DNA from: an uncultured Pseudomonadota bacterium
GTDB taxonomy: Bacteria; Pseudomonadota; Gammaproteobacteria; Steroidobacterales; Steroidobacteraceae
Reading direction: 5' to 3'
DNA length: 64,000 nucleotides
Assembly: GCA_963850955.1 (NCBI GenBank)
Contig: CAWKMW010000005.1
Span: 18,228 to 82,227, forward strand
Of this stretch, positions 9,194-17,646 are shown one piece after another; positions within the stretch are counted from its first letter, which is position 1, and every line of letters starts with the position of its first letter. The position numbers and the translations under genes are program-made. Under the pieces are notes generated by a model, which saw nothing but the letters and a program-made list of their open reading frames with translations, did not search any database and was not told where the DNA came from.

Positions 9194-9463
9194 ATGACCC
9201 GTATGGACCTCATCCGGCCCTTCACCGAACACCCTGCATCCGTCGGTGAGAGCTATCTGCAGCATCTCGGCCGCGCGGCCTGCTTCGGCACCCGCATGAT
9301 GTTCGCCGGCTTGGCCTGCCTGGTCCACGGGGTGCTGCCGTTTTTGTTCGTGCGCACGGGCAGCCGGGCGATCAGCGAGCTCAATGACCGCATGGTTGCG
9401 AGCCGCAGCGTCCGGACTGTCTCAACGCCGCCCCTCACTGGCGACAGCCGGCTACCTCTTTAG
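9194..9463 (+). CDS. Small conserved membrane protein (recalled as the DUF6356 family; the number is from memory)
   Basis: MTRMDLIRPFTEHPASVGESYLQHLGRAACFGTRMMFAGLACLVHGVLPFLFVRTGSRAISEL matches the family pattern I remember (HPASV.ESY ... LVHA.LPFLF..T.S). The upstream part of ORF 8804..9463 is antisense to lrp. Confidence 0.6.
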   Translation: MTRMDLIRPFTEHPASVGESYLQHLGRAACFGTRMMFAGLACLVHGVLPFLFVRTGSRAISELNDRMVASRSVRTVSTPPLTGDSRLPL

Positions 9464-9465
9464 CC

Positions 9466-10587
9466 GTGCGCGCGCTCTATCGGGCATGCGCTCCCGGCTG
9501 GCTCTGGGTGCGTCAGGCAGTGCCGGGCGTGCTCGTGGCGATACTTCTTGCGGTCGTCGCACGCGCCCTGGCCCAGCAGCTGGCGCAGGGCAGCATCGGG
9601 CTGCCGAAATTCCCCTTAAGTCCGGTCATGTGCGCGGTGCTGCTCGGCATGCTCTGGCGCAACAGTATCGGGGTACCCACCTGGGCGACGGCCGGCCTGA
9701 ACTGGACCATGCACCGCCTGCTGCGCGTCGGCATCGCGCTCGTCGGGCTACGCCTCACGCTCGGGGGTGCGACCGCGATTGCCGCGACCGCACTGCCGGT
9801 GGCGCTCATCTGTCTGAGCGTCGCGCTCGCCGGTGGGTTTGCCATCGCGCGCGCGCTGAGCGTGCCACGGCGCCTCGGCTACCTGCTTGCGATCGGCACG
9901 GCGGTCTGCGGCTGCACGGCAGTGGTGGCGATGTCACCGGTGATCCGTGCACGCCACGCCGAGACCGCCTTCGCCGTCACCTGCGTGGTGCTCTTTGGCT
10001 GCATCGCGATGCTGCTGTACCCGTGGGTGGCCGGACACTTCTTCGCCGCCTCCCCGGTGCACGCGGGCGTTTTTTTAGGCACGGCGATCCACGATACCTC
10101 GCAGGTCATCGGTGCGGCGCTCATTTATTCGCAACAGGCCGCCGCGCCCGCAGCGCTCGCGGCGGCGAGTGTGGCCAAGCTGCTGCGCAACTTGTCGATC
10201 GCCGTGCTGATCCCGGTGGCCGCGTGGCTCACGCAGCGTCACGAGGCGCGCGGCGCGACGGTTGAGGCGGCGCCGCTACCGACGGCAGCGACGGCGCGCC
10301 CGCCGCTCGTGCCGTTTTTCGTGCTGGCGTTCATCGGCTTCATCGTACTGCGTACGGCCGGCGATGCGCTGTTCCACGCACCCGCCTGGGCGGCGCTCGT
10401 CAACACCGGCTACACCGCTTCGGATCTGTTTCTCACCTGCGGCATGACTGCCGTGGGTTTATCGGTGTCCTTCACCGACATGTGGCGCATCGGCTGGCGC
10501 CCCCTCGCGGCCGGCTTCGTGCTGGCGACCCTCGTCGGTGGCTGCAGCCTGCTGCTGAATCTCGCCATGCTGCGTTGGCTCGTCTGA
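9466..10587 (+). CDS. YeiH/UPF0324-family putative sulfate-exporter-type membrane transporter
   Basis: 373 aa and polytopic. Motifs GMLWRN, RVGIALVGLRLTL and GTAVCGCTAVVAMSPVI are typical of the YeiH family. Confidence 0.75.
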   Translation: MRALYRACAPGWLWVRQAVPGVLVAILLAVVARALAQQLAQGSIGLPKFPLSPVMCAVLLGMLWRNSIGVPTWATAGLNWTMHRLLRVGIALVGLRLTLGGATAIAATALPVALICLSVALAGGFAIARALSVPRRLGYLLAIGTAVCGCTAVVAMSPVIRARHAETAFAVTCVVLFGCIAMLLYPWVAGHFFAASPVHAGVFLGTAIHDTSQVIGAALIYSQQAAAPAALAAASVAKLLRNLSIAVLIPVAAWLTQRHEARGATVEAAPLPTAATARPPLVPFFVLAFIGFIVLRTAGDALFHAPAWAALVNTGYTASDLFLTCGMTAVGLSVSFTDMWRIGWRPLAAGFVLATLVGGCSLLLNLAMLRWLV

Positions 10588-10671
10588 GGCCGTTGTTGCG
10601 CGCCGCCCTCGCGCGCACGCTACACTGCCGCAAAAGACGCCGGCGCCCCAGCGGGGCGCGCGTGGGAGGCA

Positions 10672-11277
10672 GTGAGGATGGCAAGCGCTCGGTCCCGGGT
10701 TTCACGTCGGGCCGCGGAAGCGGCGGTGCGCACGCTCTTGAGCTGGGCGGGCGAGGACCCGCGGCGCGAGGGCCTGCAGGACACCCCGCAGCGCGTGGTG
10801 GACGCCTACCGCGACTGGTTCTCCGGCTACCAGATCGACCCGGCCGCCTATTTGCGGCGCACGTTCGAGGAGGTGGGCGGCTACGATGAGCTGATCGTGC
10901 TGCGCGACATCTCGTTTGAATCGCACTGTGAGCACCACATGGCCCCGATCATCGGGCGCGTGCACGTCGGTTACCTGCCGGCCGACAAGGTGGTGGGCAT
11001 CAGCAAGCTTGCGCGTGTCGTGGACGGCTACGCGCGGCGCTTTCAGGTGCAGGAGAAGCTCACCGCGCAGATCGCCAACTGCATCACCGAGGTGCTCAAG
11101 CCGCGTGGCGTAGGCGTCGTGGTCTCGGCGGTGCACGAGTGCATGACCACCCGCGGCGTACACAAACGCGGCGTGTCGATGGTCACGAGCCGCATGACCG
11201 GGGTGTTTAGGAGCGATGCCCGCACGCGCGCGGAGTTTCTGCGCTTCATCGACATGACCGGCAGCCGCGAACCCTAG
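10672..11277 (+). CDS. folE: GTP cyclohydrolase I
   Basis: [35 protein letters not shown] and [11 protein letters not shown] are FolE type-1 signature segments. GTG start at 10672 (ATG at 10678). Confidence 0.92.
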   Translation: MRMASARSRVSRRAAEAAVRTLLSWAGEDPRREGLQDTPQRVVDAYRDWFSGYQIDPAAYLRRTFEEVGGYDELIVLRDISFESHCEHHMAPIIGRVHVGYLPADKVVGISKLARVVDGYARRFQVQEKLTAQIANCITEVLKPRGVGVVVSAVHECMTTRGVHKRGVSMVTSRMTGVFRSDARTRAEFLRFIDMTGSREP

Positions 11278-11286
11278 GCGAGCACT

Positions 11287-13113
11287 TCAAGCGATGAGCG
11301 CCGCCTCGCTGCGCGAGGCGCGCTTGCGCTCGGTTTCCTTGAGGAAACGCTTGCGGATGCGGATCGAGGTCGGCGTGACTTCCACGAGCTCATCATCGGC
11401 GATGAACTCCACCGCGTACTCGAGCGTCAGCTGGATGGGGGGCGTCAAGAGGATCGCGTCATCCTTGCCGGCGGCACGGATGTTGGTGAGCTTCTTGGTC
11501 TTGATCGGGTTCACCACCAGGTCGTTGTCGCGACTGTGGATGCCGATGATCATCCCTTCGTAGAGCTTCTCACCCGGACTCACGAACAGGCGGCCGCGTT
11601 CCTGCAGGTTAAAGAGCGCGTAGGCCACCGCCTCGCCGTTTTCGTTGCTCACCAGCACGCCGTTGCGGCGGTCGGGGATCTCACCCTTCACCGGCGCAAA
11701 GCCGTCGAAGATGTGGCTGATCAGTCCGGTGCCGCGCGTAAGGGTCATGAACTCGCCCTGGAAGCCGATCAGCCCGCGCGCCGGCACACGGTACTCCAGG
11801 CGCGCGCGGCCGTTGCCGTCCACGCTCATGTCGCTGAGCTCCGCGCGGCGGCCGCCGAGGGCTTCCATGACCGCGCCCTGGTGGACGTCTTCGATGTCGA
11901 CGGTGAGCGCCTCGTATGGTTCGTGCACCTCGCCGTCGACGATCTTGGTCAGCACCTGCGGGCGCGAGACCGCGAGCTCGTAGCCTTCGCGACGCATGTT
12001 TTCGATGAGGATGGTGAGGTGCAGTTCACCGCGCCCGGAGACGCGCATCACATCCGGCTCCTCGGTATCTTCCACGCGCAGCGCCACGTTGCTCTGCAGC
12101 TCCCGGTAGAGACGCTCGCGGATCTGCCGGCTGGTCACGAACTTGCCTTCGCGCCCGGCGAGCGGGGAGTTGTTCACCTGGAAATTCATCGCGAGCGTCG
12201 GCTCATCGACGCTGATCGGCGGCAGACCCTCCGGGTGTTCCGGATCGCACACTGTGAGCCCGATATTTACCGCCTCGATACCGGTCACCGCGACGATGTC
12301 TCCGGCGCTCGCCTCCTCGACGGGGCTGCGCTGCAAGCCGGTAAAGGCGAGCACCTGAGCGATCTTGGCCACGCCGCGATCCTCAGCGCCGTAGCGCAGG
12401 GCGACCGTCTCGCCCGGACGCACGACGCCGCGGCGGATGCGCCCGATGCCGATGCGTCCGACGTACGAGTTGTAGTCCAGGGTGGAGATCTGCAGCTGCA
12501 GCGGCCGGTCCGCTTGCGCGGCCGGTGGTGGCACGTGCGTGAGGATCGCTTCGAAGAGCGCCGACATGTCCGGACGGCGCTCGGTGTAGTCGGTGGTGGC
12601 CCAGCCTTGCAGCGCCGAGGCGTAAATGACGGGGAAGTCGAGCTGCGCATCGCTCGCGCCGAGCTTGTCGAACAGATCGAAGGTCTGGTCGATCACCCAC
12701 GCTGGGCGGCTGCCCGGGCGGTCGATCTTGTTCACCACCACGATCGCCTTGAGCCCGAGCGCCAGTGCCTTACGCGTGACGAAGCGGGTCTGCGGCATCG
12801 GGCCTTCGACCGCGTCCACCAGCAGCAGCACCCCATCGACCATGGAGAGCACCCGCTCGACCTCGCCGCCAAAGTCAGCGTGGCCTGGCGTGTCGACGAT
12901 GTTGATGCGCGTGCCGCCATACTCGATGGCGCAGTTCTTGGCGAGGATGGTGATGCCGCGCTCACGCTCGATGTCGTTGGAATCCATGATGCGCTCGCCC
13001 ATGCGCTCGTGGGCGGCGAAGGTCCCGGACTGCTTCAGCAGACAGTCAACGAGCGTCGTCTTGCCGTGGTCGACGTGCGCGATAATGGCGATGTTACGGA
13101 TCGGACGCTGCAT
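11287..13113 (-). CDS. typA: Translational GTPase TypA/BipA
   Basis: [36 protein letters not shown] and NKIDR, 608 aa with the BipA-specific C-terminal domain. Confidence 0.95.
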   Translation of the reverse strand: MQRPIRNIAIIAHVDHGKTTLVDCLLKQSGTFAAHERMGERIMDSNDIERERGITILAKNCAIEYGGTRINIVDTPGHADFGGEVERVLSMVDGVLLLVDAVEGPMPQTRFVTRKALALGLKAIVVVNKIDRPGSRPAWVIDQTFDLFDKLGASDAQLDFPVIYASALQGWATTDYTERRPDMSALFEAILTHVPPPAAQADRPLQLQISTLDYNSYVGRIGIGRIRRGVVRPGETVALRYGAEDRGVAKIAQVLAFTGLQRSPVEEASAGDIVAVTGIEAVNIGLTVCDPEHPEGLPPISVDEPTLAMNFQVNNSPLAGREGKFVTSRQIRERLYRELQSNVALRVEDTEEPDVMRVSGRGELHLTILIENMRREGYELAVSRPQVLTKIVDGEVHEPYEALTVDIEDVHQGAVMEALGGRRAELSDMSVDGNGRARLEYRVPARGLIGFQGEFMTLTRGTGLISHIFDGFAPVKGEIPDRRNGVLVSNENGEAVAYALFNLQERGRLFVSPGEKLYEGMIIGIHSRDNDLVVNPIKTKKLTNIRAAGKDDAILLTPPIQLTLEYAVEFIADDELVEVTPTSIRIRKRFLKETERKRASRSEAALIA

Positions 13114-13257
13114 GGGTGGTTGTGCGGCCGCTGGGGCCGTGTTCCTGGGCGGACCTTAGGTCCGCCGCCCGTCTAGGGCGTGTCCAAAAAAGGGTGCGCA
13201 GGGTAGCAGATTCGCGCTGCAATCGCCCGATTTTACCGCCCGGGGGCTGCGGGGACC

Positions 13258-13695
13258 CTAAATGTGAGGGGCGCCGATGCGTAGCGCCGCCGTCGCCTGG
13301 CGCACTTCCATGAGAAACGCGATGAACGCGGCACTGAGCACCAGCATCGCTACGACGAATAGCAGTGCAATCACGGCCCCGAGGTTGACGCCGAGGAATG
13401 CGTTGGCGAAGAGCGTCACCACGACCAGGGCGATCAGGAGCGCGGAGACAGCGCACAGCGCCATCGCCAGATTGATGTAGCGCGCGCGCCGCGCCAGGAT
13501 GGCAAGATCCGCGTGCAGCTGTCCGGTGCTGCCGGGGTGGGCGATAAGTTTCGCCTCGAGCGTCCGGGCACGATCCACGATGCGCGCCAGGCGGTTCGTG
13601 AGCACCCCCAGCATGGCGGCCACGCCTGAGAACAGAAACACCGGCGCGATCGAGGACTGCACCAGGCGGGCGATGTCGGTCGGTTCATTCAGCAT
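13258..13695 (-). CDS. DUF2721-like membrane protein
   Basis: The ATG at 13695 gives MLNEPTDIARLVQSSIAPVFLFSGVAAMLGVLTNRLARIVDRARTLE..., followed by two further TM segments. ORF 13258..13848 is over-extended. Confidence 0.65.
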   Translation of the reverse strand: MLNEPTDIARLVQSSIAPVFLFSGVAAMLGVLTNRLARIVDRARTLEAKLIAHPGSTGQLHADLAILARRARYINLAMALCAVSALLIALVVVTLFANAFLGVNLGAVIALLFVVAMLVLSAAFIAFLMEVRQATAALRIGAPHI

Positions 13696-13846
13696 GGCGG
13701 GGGGTGCTCTAAAGCTGCCCTGCGGCGCGGCGGGTTTTGTATCACAAACGGGGCAGCAGAACAGGCCCCGCGTCTGAGGCGAGATTGCGCCCCCGGGGGT
13801 CTTGTTGTACGATCGTTCAACAACGGACGTCCCCTCCGGAAGTGCC

Positions 13847-15022
13847 ATGAAAACCGCCCATCTGCATCGTGTCGACGCCTCCTTCTCCGCCGACCAGGAG
13901 AACTTGAGCCTGCCGGCGTGGATTTACAGCGACGCGGAGTTTTTCGAGCGCGAGAAGCAGGCGATCTTCCGCAACAGCTGGCAGGTCGTTTGCCACTTAA
14001 GCGACATCCCGCAGCCGGGTGACTTTCACACCTTCGAGTTCTTCGGCGAGTCGGTGGTCGTGATCCGCGCCGAGGATGGCGGCGTGCGCGCCTTTCATAA
14101 CGTCTGTCGCCATCGCGCCGCGCGGCTGCTGGACGGGCCCCAGGGGCACTGCGGCAAGCGCATCACCTGTCCGTACCACGCCTGGACCTATGGGATCGAC
14201 GGGCGGCTGCTTGCCGTGCCGAACCGCGAAAGCTTCAAGGGCATGGACACGGCGCGCCACGGTCTGGCGATGCTCGAGCACGAGGTCTTTCTGGGGTTCA
14301 TTTTCGTGCGCTTCGCCCCCGGACTGCCGAGCGTGCGCGACATGGCGGCCCCGTACGCGCATGAGCTGAAGCCCTATCGGTTCGAGGAACTCGTGCCCAT
14401 GGGACGCGTCACGATGCGTCCGCGCTCGGTGAACTGGAAGAACGTGGCGGATAACTTCTCCGACGGACTGCATATCAACGTCGCGCATCCGGGACTCACA
14501 CGGCTGTTCGGCAAGGGCTACGCCGTCGAGGCGCGTCCCTGGATCGACAAAATGTGGGGCACGCTGCGCGATACGCCCTCGTCGAGTTGGTCCGAGCGCT
14601 CTTATCAGCACTTCCTGCCGCAGGTGGAGCACCTGCCGCCTGAGCGGCAGCGGCTGTGGACGTACTTTAAGCTCTGGCCGAACGTCGCGTTCGACATCTA
14701 TCCGGATCAGGTCGATTTCATGCAGTTCGTACCCGTCTCGCCCACCGAGACCATGGTCCGTGAGATCGCCTACGTCCATCCGGATGCGCGCCGTGAAATG
14801 CGTGCCGTACGCTACCTGAACTGGCGCATCAACCGCCGCGTCAGCGCCGAGGACAGGGCGCTGATCGAGCGGGTGCAGGCGGGCATGGCCTCCAGCAGCT
14901 ACACCTCGGGCCCCCTGAGCGAAGGGGAGGTATGCCTGCGCAGCTTCGCGCGGCGCATGCGCGCACTCATTCCCGAGAGCGCGCTGCCGCAGCCGCCGCC
15001 GCGAGGCTGGAGTCATGGCTGA
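13847..15022 (+). CDS. Rieske [2Fe-2S] non-haem-iron oxygenase, alpha-subunit type
   Basis: Rieske motif CRHRAARLL...CPYHAWTYG. Catalytic-domain motif NWKNVADNFSDGLHINVAHPGL. Its stop overlaps the next ATG (ATGGCTGA). Confidence 0.85.
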   Translation: MKTAHLHRVDASFSADQENLSLPAWIYSDAEFFEREKQAIFRNSWQVVCHLSDIPQPGDFHTFEFFGESVVVIRAEDGGVRAFHNVCRHRAARLLDGPQGHCGKRITCPYHAWTYGIDGRLLAVPNRESFKGMDTARHGLAMLEHEVFLGFIFVRFAPGLPSVRDMAAPYAHELKPYRFEELVPMGRVTMRPRSVNWKNVADNFSDGLHINVAHPGLTRLFGKGYAVEARPWIDKMWGTLRDTPSSSWSERSYQHFLPQVEHLPPERQRLWTYFKLWPNVAFDIYPDQVDFMQFVPVSPTETMVREIAYVHPDARREMRAVRYLNWRINRRVSAEDRALIERVQAGMASSSYTSGPLSEGEVCLRSFARRMRALIPESALPQPPPRGWSHG

Positions 15023-16649
15023 GCGCGGCGAGGGCCGCTGCGACGCGCTGATCATCGGGGGCGGTCACAACGGGCTCGTGTGCGCCGCTTACCTCGCCGC
15101 CACCGGGCTGAAAGTCACCGTGCTCGAGCGGCGCGGCGTCGTCGGCGGTGCCGCCGTCACCGAGGAGTTCCACCCGGGATTTCGCAACTCGGTCGCGGCC
15201 TACACCGTTTCGCTCCTTAACCCGAAGGTCATCCGTGACTTGGACCTGCCGGCCCACGGCCTGCGGGTGGTGGAGCGGCGCGCGGCCAACTTCCTGCCAA
15301 CCGCGGACGGCAGCTACCTGCTCACCGGCGAGGGGCGCACCGCCGCACAGGTGGCGCGCTTCTCGGCGCGCGACGCGGCGCGTCTGCCGGAGTACGGCGA
15401 GCGCCTCGAGGCGATCGCGGACGTGCTGCGGGATCTGGTACTGACGACGCCTCCGAATGCGCTCGAGGGCAGCTGGCGCACGGTGTTACCCGAGCTGGTG
15501 CGCGCGGCCAAGGTGGGCGGCCGGCTGCGCAAGCTCGACATGGGTCTGCGCCGGGAGTTGTTGGCGTTGTTCTCCATGTCCGCCGGGGACTACCTCGACA
15601 ACTGGTTCGAGAGTGACCCGATCAAGGCGGTTTACGGCTTCGACGGCATCGTGGGCAACTACGCGAGCCCCTACACCCCCGGCTCCGCCTACGTGCTGCT
15701 GCACCACGTATTCGGCGAGGTGAATGGCAAGCGCGGCGCCTGGGGCCATGCCATCGGCGGCATGGGCGCGATTACCCAAGCGATGGCGAAGGCGGCCGCC
15801 GCGCGCGGCGTGCTGATTCGCCTCGGCACCGCGGTGCGCGAGGTGCTGGTCGAGGGCGAGCGCGCGGTGGGCGTCGTGACCGAGTCGGGGGAGACGCTGC
15901 GCGCCGCCGCCGTCATCTCCAACCTCAATCCGCGCCTGCTGTACCTGAACATGTTCGCGCCCGGGACACTGCCCACGGAGTTTCGCGAGCACATGAGCCA
16001 CTGGCGCTGTGGCTCGGGCACCTTTCGCATGAACGTCGCGCTCAAGGAACTGCCGGATTTCACCTGTCTGCCGGGTAAAAGCGCTGCCGATCATCACACC
16101 GCGGGCATCATCCTCGCCCCGACTCTGCAATACATGGAGCGCGCCTTCTTTGATGCGCGTGAGCAGGGCTGGTCGCGCCAGCCGATCATCGAGCTCGTCA
16201 TTCCTTCGACCCTCGATGACTCGCTTGCTCCGCCCGGCCAGCACGTGGCGAGCCTCTTCTGCCAGCACGTCGCGCCGACGCTGCCGAACGGGGCCTCGTG
16301 GGATCAGCACCGCGAGACCGTGGCCGACCTCATGATCGATACGGTCAACGCGTACGCGCCGAACTTCAAGGCGGCCGTCCTCGGACGGCAGATCAACAGC
16401 CCGCTCGATCTCGAGCGCACCTTCGGCCTGGTGGGCGGGGACATCATGCACGGGCACTTAAGCCTCGATCAGCTGTTCTCCGCGCGCCCGATGCTCGGCT
16501 ACGGTAACTACCGCGGTCCGCTCGCGGGCCTGTACATGTGCGGCGCCGGCACGCACCCGGGGGGCGGTGTCACCGGCGCGCCCGGCCACAACGCGGCGCG
16601 CGAGATCATCGCTGACTTTCGTCGCGGGCGACTGCGACGGGTGGCATGA
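15015..16649 (+). CDS. FAD/NAD(P)-binding oxidoreductase, phytoene-desaturase (CrtI)-like family
   Basis: N-terminal dinucleotide fold DALIIGGGHNGLVCAAYLAATGLKVTVLERRGVVGGAA, C-terminal GLYMCGAGTHPGGGVTGAPG; 544 aa. Confidence 0.8.
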   Translation: MAERGEGRCDALIIGGGHNGLVCAAYLAATGLKVTVLERRGVVGGAAVTEEFHPGFRNSVAAYTVSLLNPKVIRDLDLPAHGLRVVERRAANFLPTADGSYLLTGEGRTAAQVARFSARDAARLPEYGERLEAIADVLRDLVLTTPPNALEGSWRTVLPELVRAAKVGGRLRKLDMGLRRELLALFSMSAGDYLDNWFESDPIKAVYGFDGIVGNYASPYTPGSAYVLLHHVFGEVNGKRGAWGHAIGGMGAITQAMAKAAAARGVLIRLGTAVREVLVEGERAVGVVTESGETLRAAAVISNLNPRLLYLNMFAPGTLPTEFREHMSHWRCGSGTFRMNVALKELPDFTCLPGKSAADHHTAGIILAPTLQYMERAFFDAREQGWSRQPIIELVIPSTLDDSLAPPGQHVASLFCQHVAPTLPNGASWDQHRETVADLMIDTVNAYAPNFKAAVLGRQINSPLDLERTFGLVGGDIMHGHLSLDQLFSARPMLGYGNYRGPLAGLYMCGAGTHPGGGVTGAPGHNAAREIIADFRRGRLRRVA

Positions 16650-16683
16650 GGATGCCGGTGCACGCGGGCCGCGGAGCGCGCAC

Positions 16684-17349
16684 GTGTCGGTAAGACCGGC
16701 GGAAAAATCGCCGCCGGCGGCGAAGCCGCGTTTCGTGCGCCAGCTGCCCGAGCAGCGCCGTCAGGCGCTGGTCGCGGCCACCATCGAGTGTCTGAAGCGC
16801 TACGGCCACGATGGACTCTCGATCCGCACCATCAGCGCGCAGGCAGGGGTGTCGGTGGGGCTCATCAACCATCACTTTCCCAACAAGGATGAGCTGATCG
16901 CTGCCGCGTACCGGCACTTCAACAACGAGCTGATCGCCGGCTTCAAGGCCGCCGTCGAGCGCGCCCCCAAGTCCCCGCGCGCGCGACTGCGCGCGTTCCT
17001 CGAGGCCTCCTTCTCCGCCCCGAATCTTGATCAGGACGTGCTGGCCGTGTGGGTGGTGTTCTGGGGGATGTACCGACATTCGCGCCTGATCCAGCGCGTG
17101 CAGCGGGAAACCTACCAAGGCTACGTGCAGCTGCTGCGCGGCATGCTCACGGAGCTGCTCAAGGAGGAGCGCCCGCACGCCCGCGTCGACCTGCGCCTCG
17201 CAGCCATCGGCCTTACCGCGCTCCTGGACGGGCTGTGGCTCGAGTGGTGTCTGGAACCGGGGACGTTCCGGGCCGCCGAAGGGGTGGCGCTGTGCGAGAC
17301 CTGGGTCGACAATCTCTGCCGGCGCGCCGATAGATCGGCACTGGAATAA
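16684..17349 (+). CDS. TetR-family regulator, BetI-like
   Basis: HTH segment LSIRTISAQAGVSVGLINHHFPNKDEL and BetI-type C-terminal segment LAVWVVFWGMYRHSRLIQRVQ. GTG 16684 is the first start after the upstream stop; the ORF track starts at 16567, inside the previous gene. Confidence 0.8.
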   Translation: MSVRPAEKSPPAAKPRFVRQLPEQRRQALVAATIECLKRYGHDGLSIRTISAQAGVSVGLINHHFPNKDELIAAAYRHFNNELIAGFKAAVERAPKSPRARLRAFLEASFSAPNLDQDVLAVWVVFWGMYRHSRLIQRVQRETYQGYVQLLRGMLTELLKEERPHARVDLRLAAIGLTALLDGLWLEWCLEPGTFRAAEGVALCETWVDNLCRRADRSALE

Positions 17350-17401
17350 CTGCTAATCATCCCCAGATCGGGAGGGGAGTTTCTCCTGCAAGGGGACCGA
17401 G

Positions 17402-17646
17402 TTGTCGAGTCCGGGGCACGCACCAATCGTCATTGTCGGCTGCTGTTTCGGCGGAGTGTTCGCCGCCAAGACGTGGACGTGTTCGTGATCGGGGGCGCGG
17501 CCAGCCCCACTGACAACCGCCGGCTGGGTGTGCCTGAGGTGTCGCACCGAGCGCTGCAGATGGGACCCCACGTCGGCTGCTTGATCCACCTCGAAGTGCG
17601 CGCTCAGGCCGGCGCGCGTGCGCGCACCTTGCAGGCCCCGAGCTGA
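17402..17646 (+). pseudogene. Deletion relic of a type-II NADH dehydrogenase / pyridine-nucleotide-disulfide oxidoreductase gene (N- and C-terminal motifs only, in two frames)
   Basis: Frame A (TTG 17402 to TGA 17488) reads ...SSPGHAPIVIVGCCFGGVFAAKTWTCS*. Frame B (17470 to TGA 17644-17646) reads DVDVFVIGGAASPTDNRRLGVPEVSHRALQMGPHVGCLIHLEV.... These resemble the Rossmann N-terminus and the DVFAIGD...AQ.A.QQG C-terminal motif of NDH-2 enzymes, with the middle of the gene missing. Confidence 0.5.

Noticed and set aside
13148-13166. A perfect 8-bp stem with a 3-nt loop, GGCGGACC-TTA-GGTCCGCC, between the DUF2721 gene and typA, plus a T6 run (minus strand) at 13186-13191.
   Set aside because: On the transcribed (minus) strand the T-run precedes rather than follows the hairpin, so it is not a canonical intrinsic terminator. 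It may be a 5'-UTR structure of typA, but I have no evidence for a function.
11536-13176. A 546-aa ORF antisense to typA, plus similar long shadow ORFs: 4223-5524 (-), 15486-16457 (-), 34257-35591 (-), 35068-36405 (-), 39018-40448 (+), 51335-52726 (-), 56080-57375 (-) and 59445-60650 (-).
   Set aside because: Each lies opposite or out of frame to a gene with unmistakable family motifs. Their translations are Arg/Ala/Gly/His-rich with no recognisable domain. This is the usual stop-codon-poor artefact of ~70% GC DNA.
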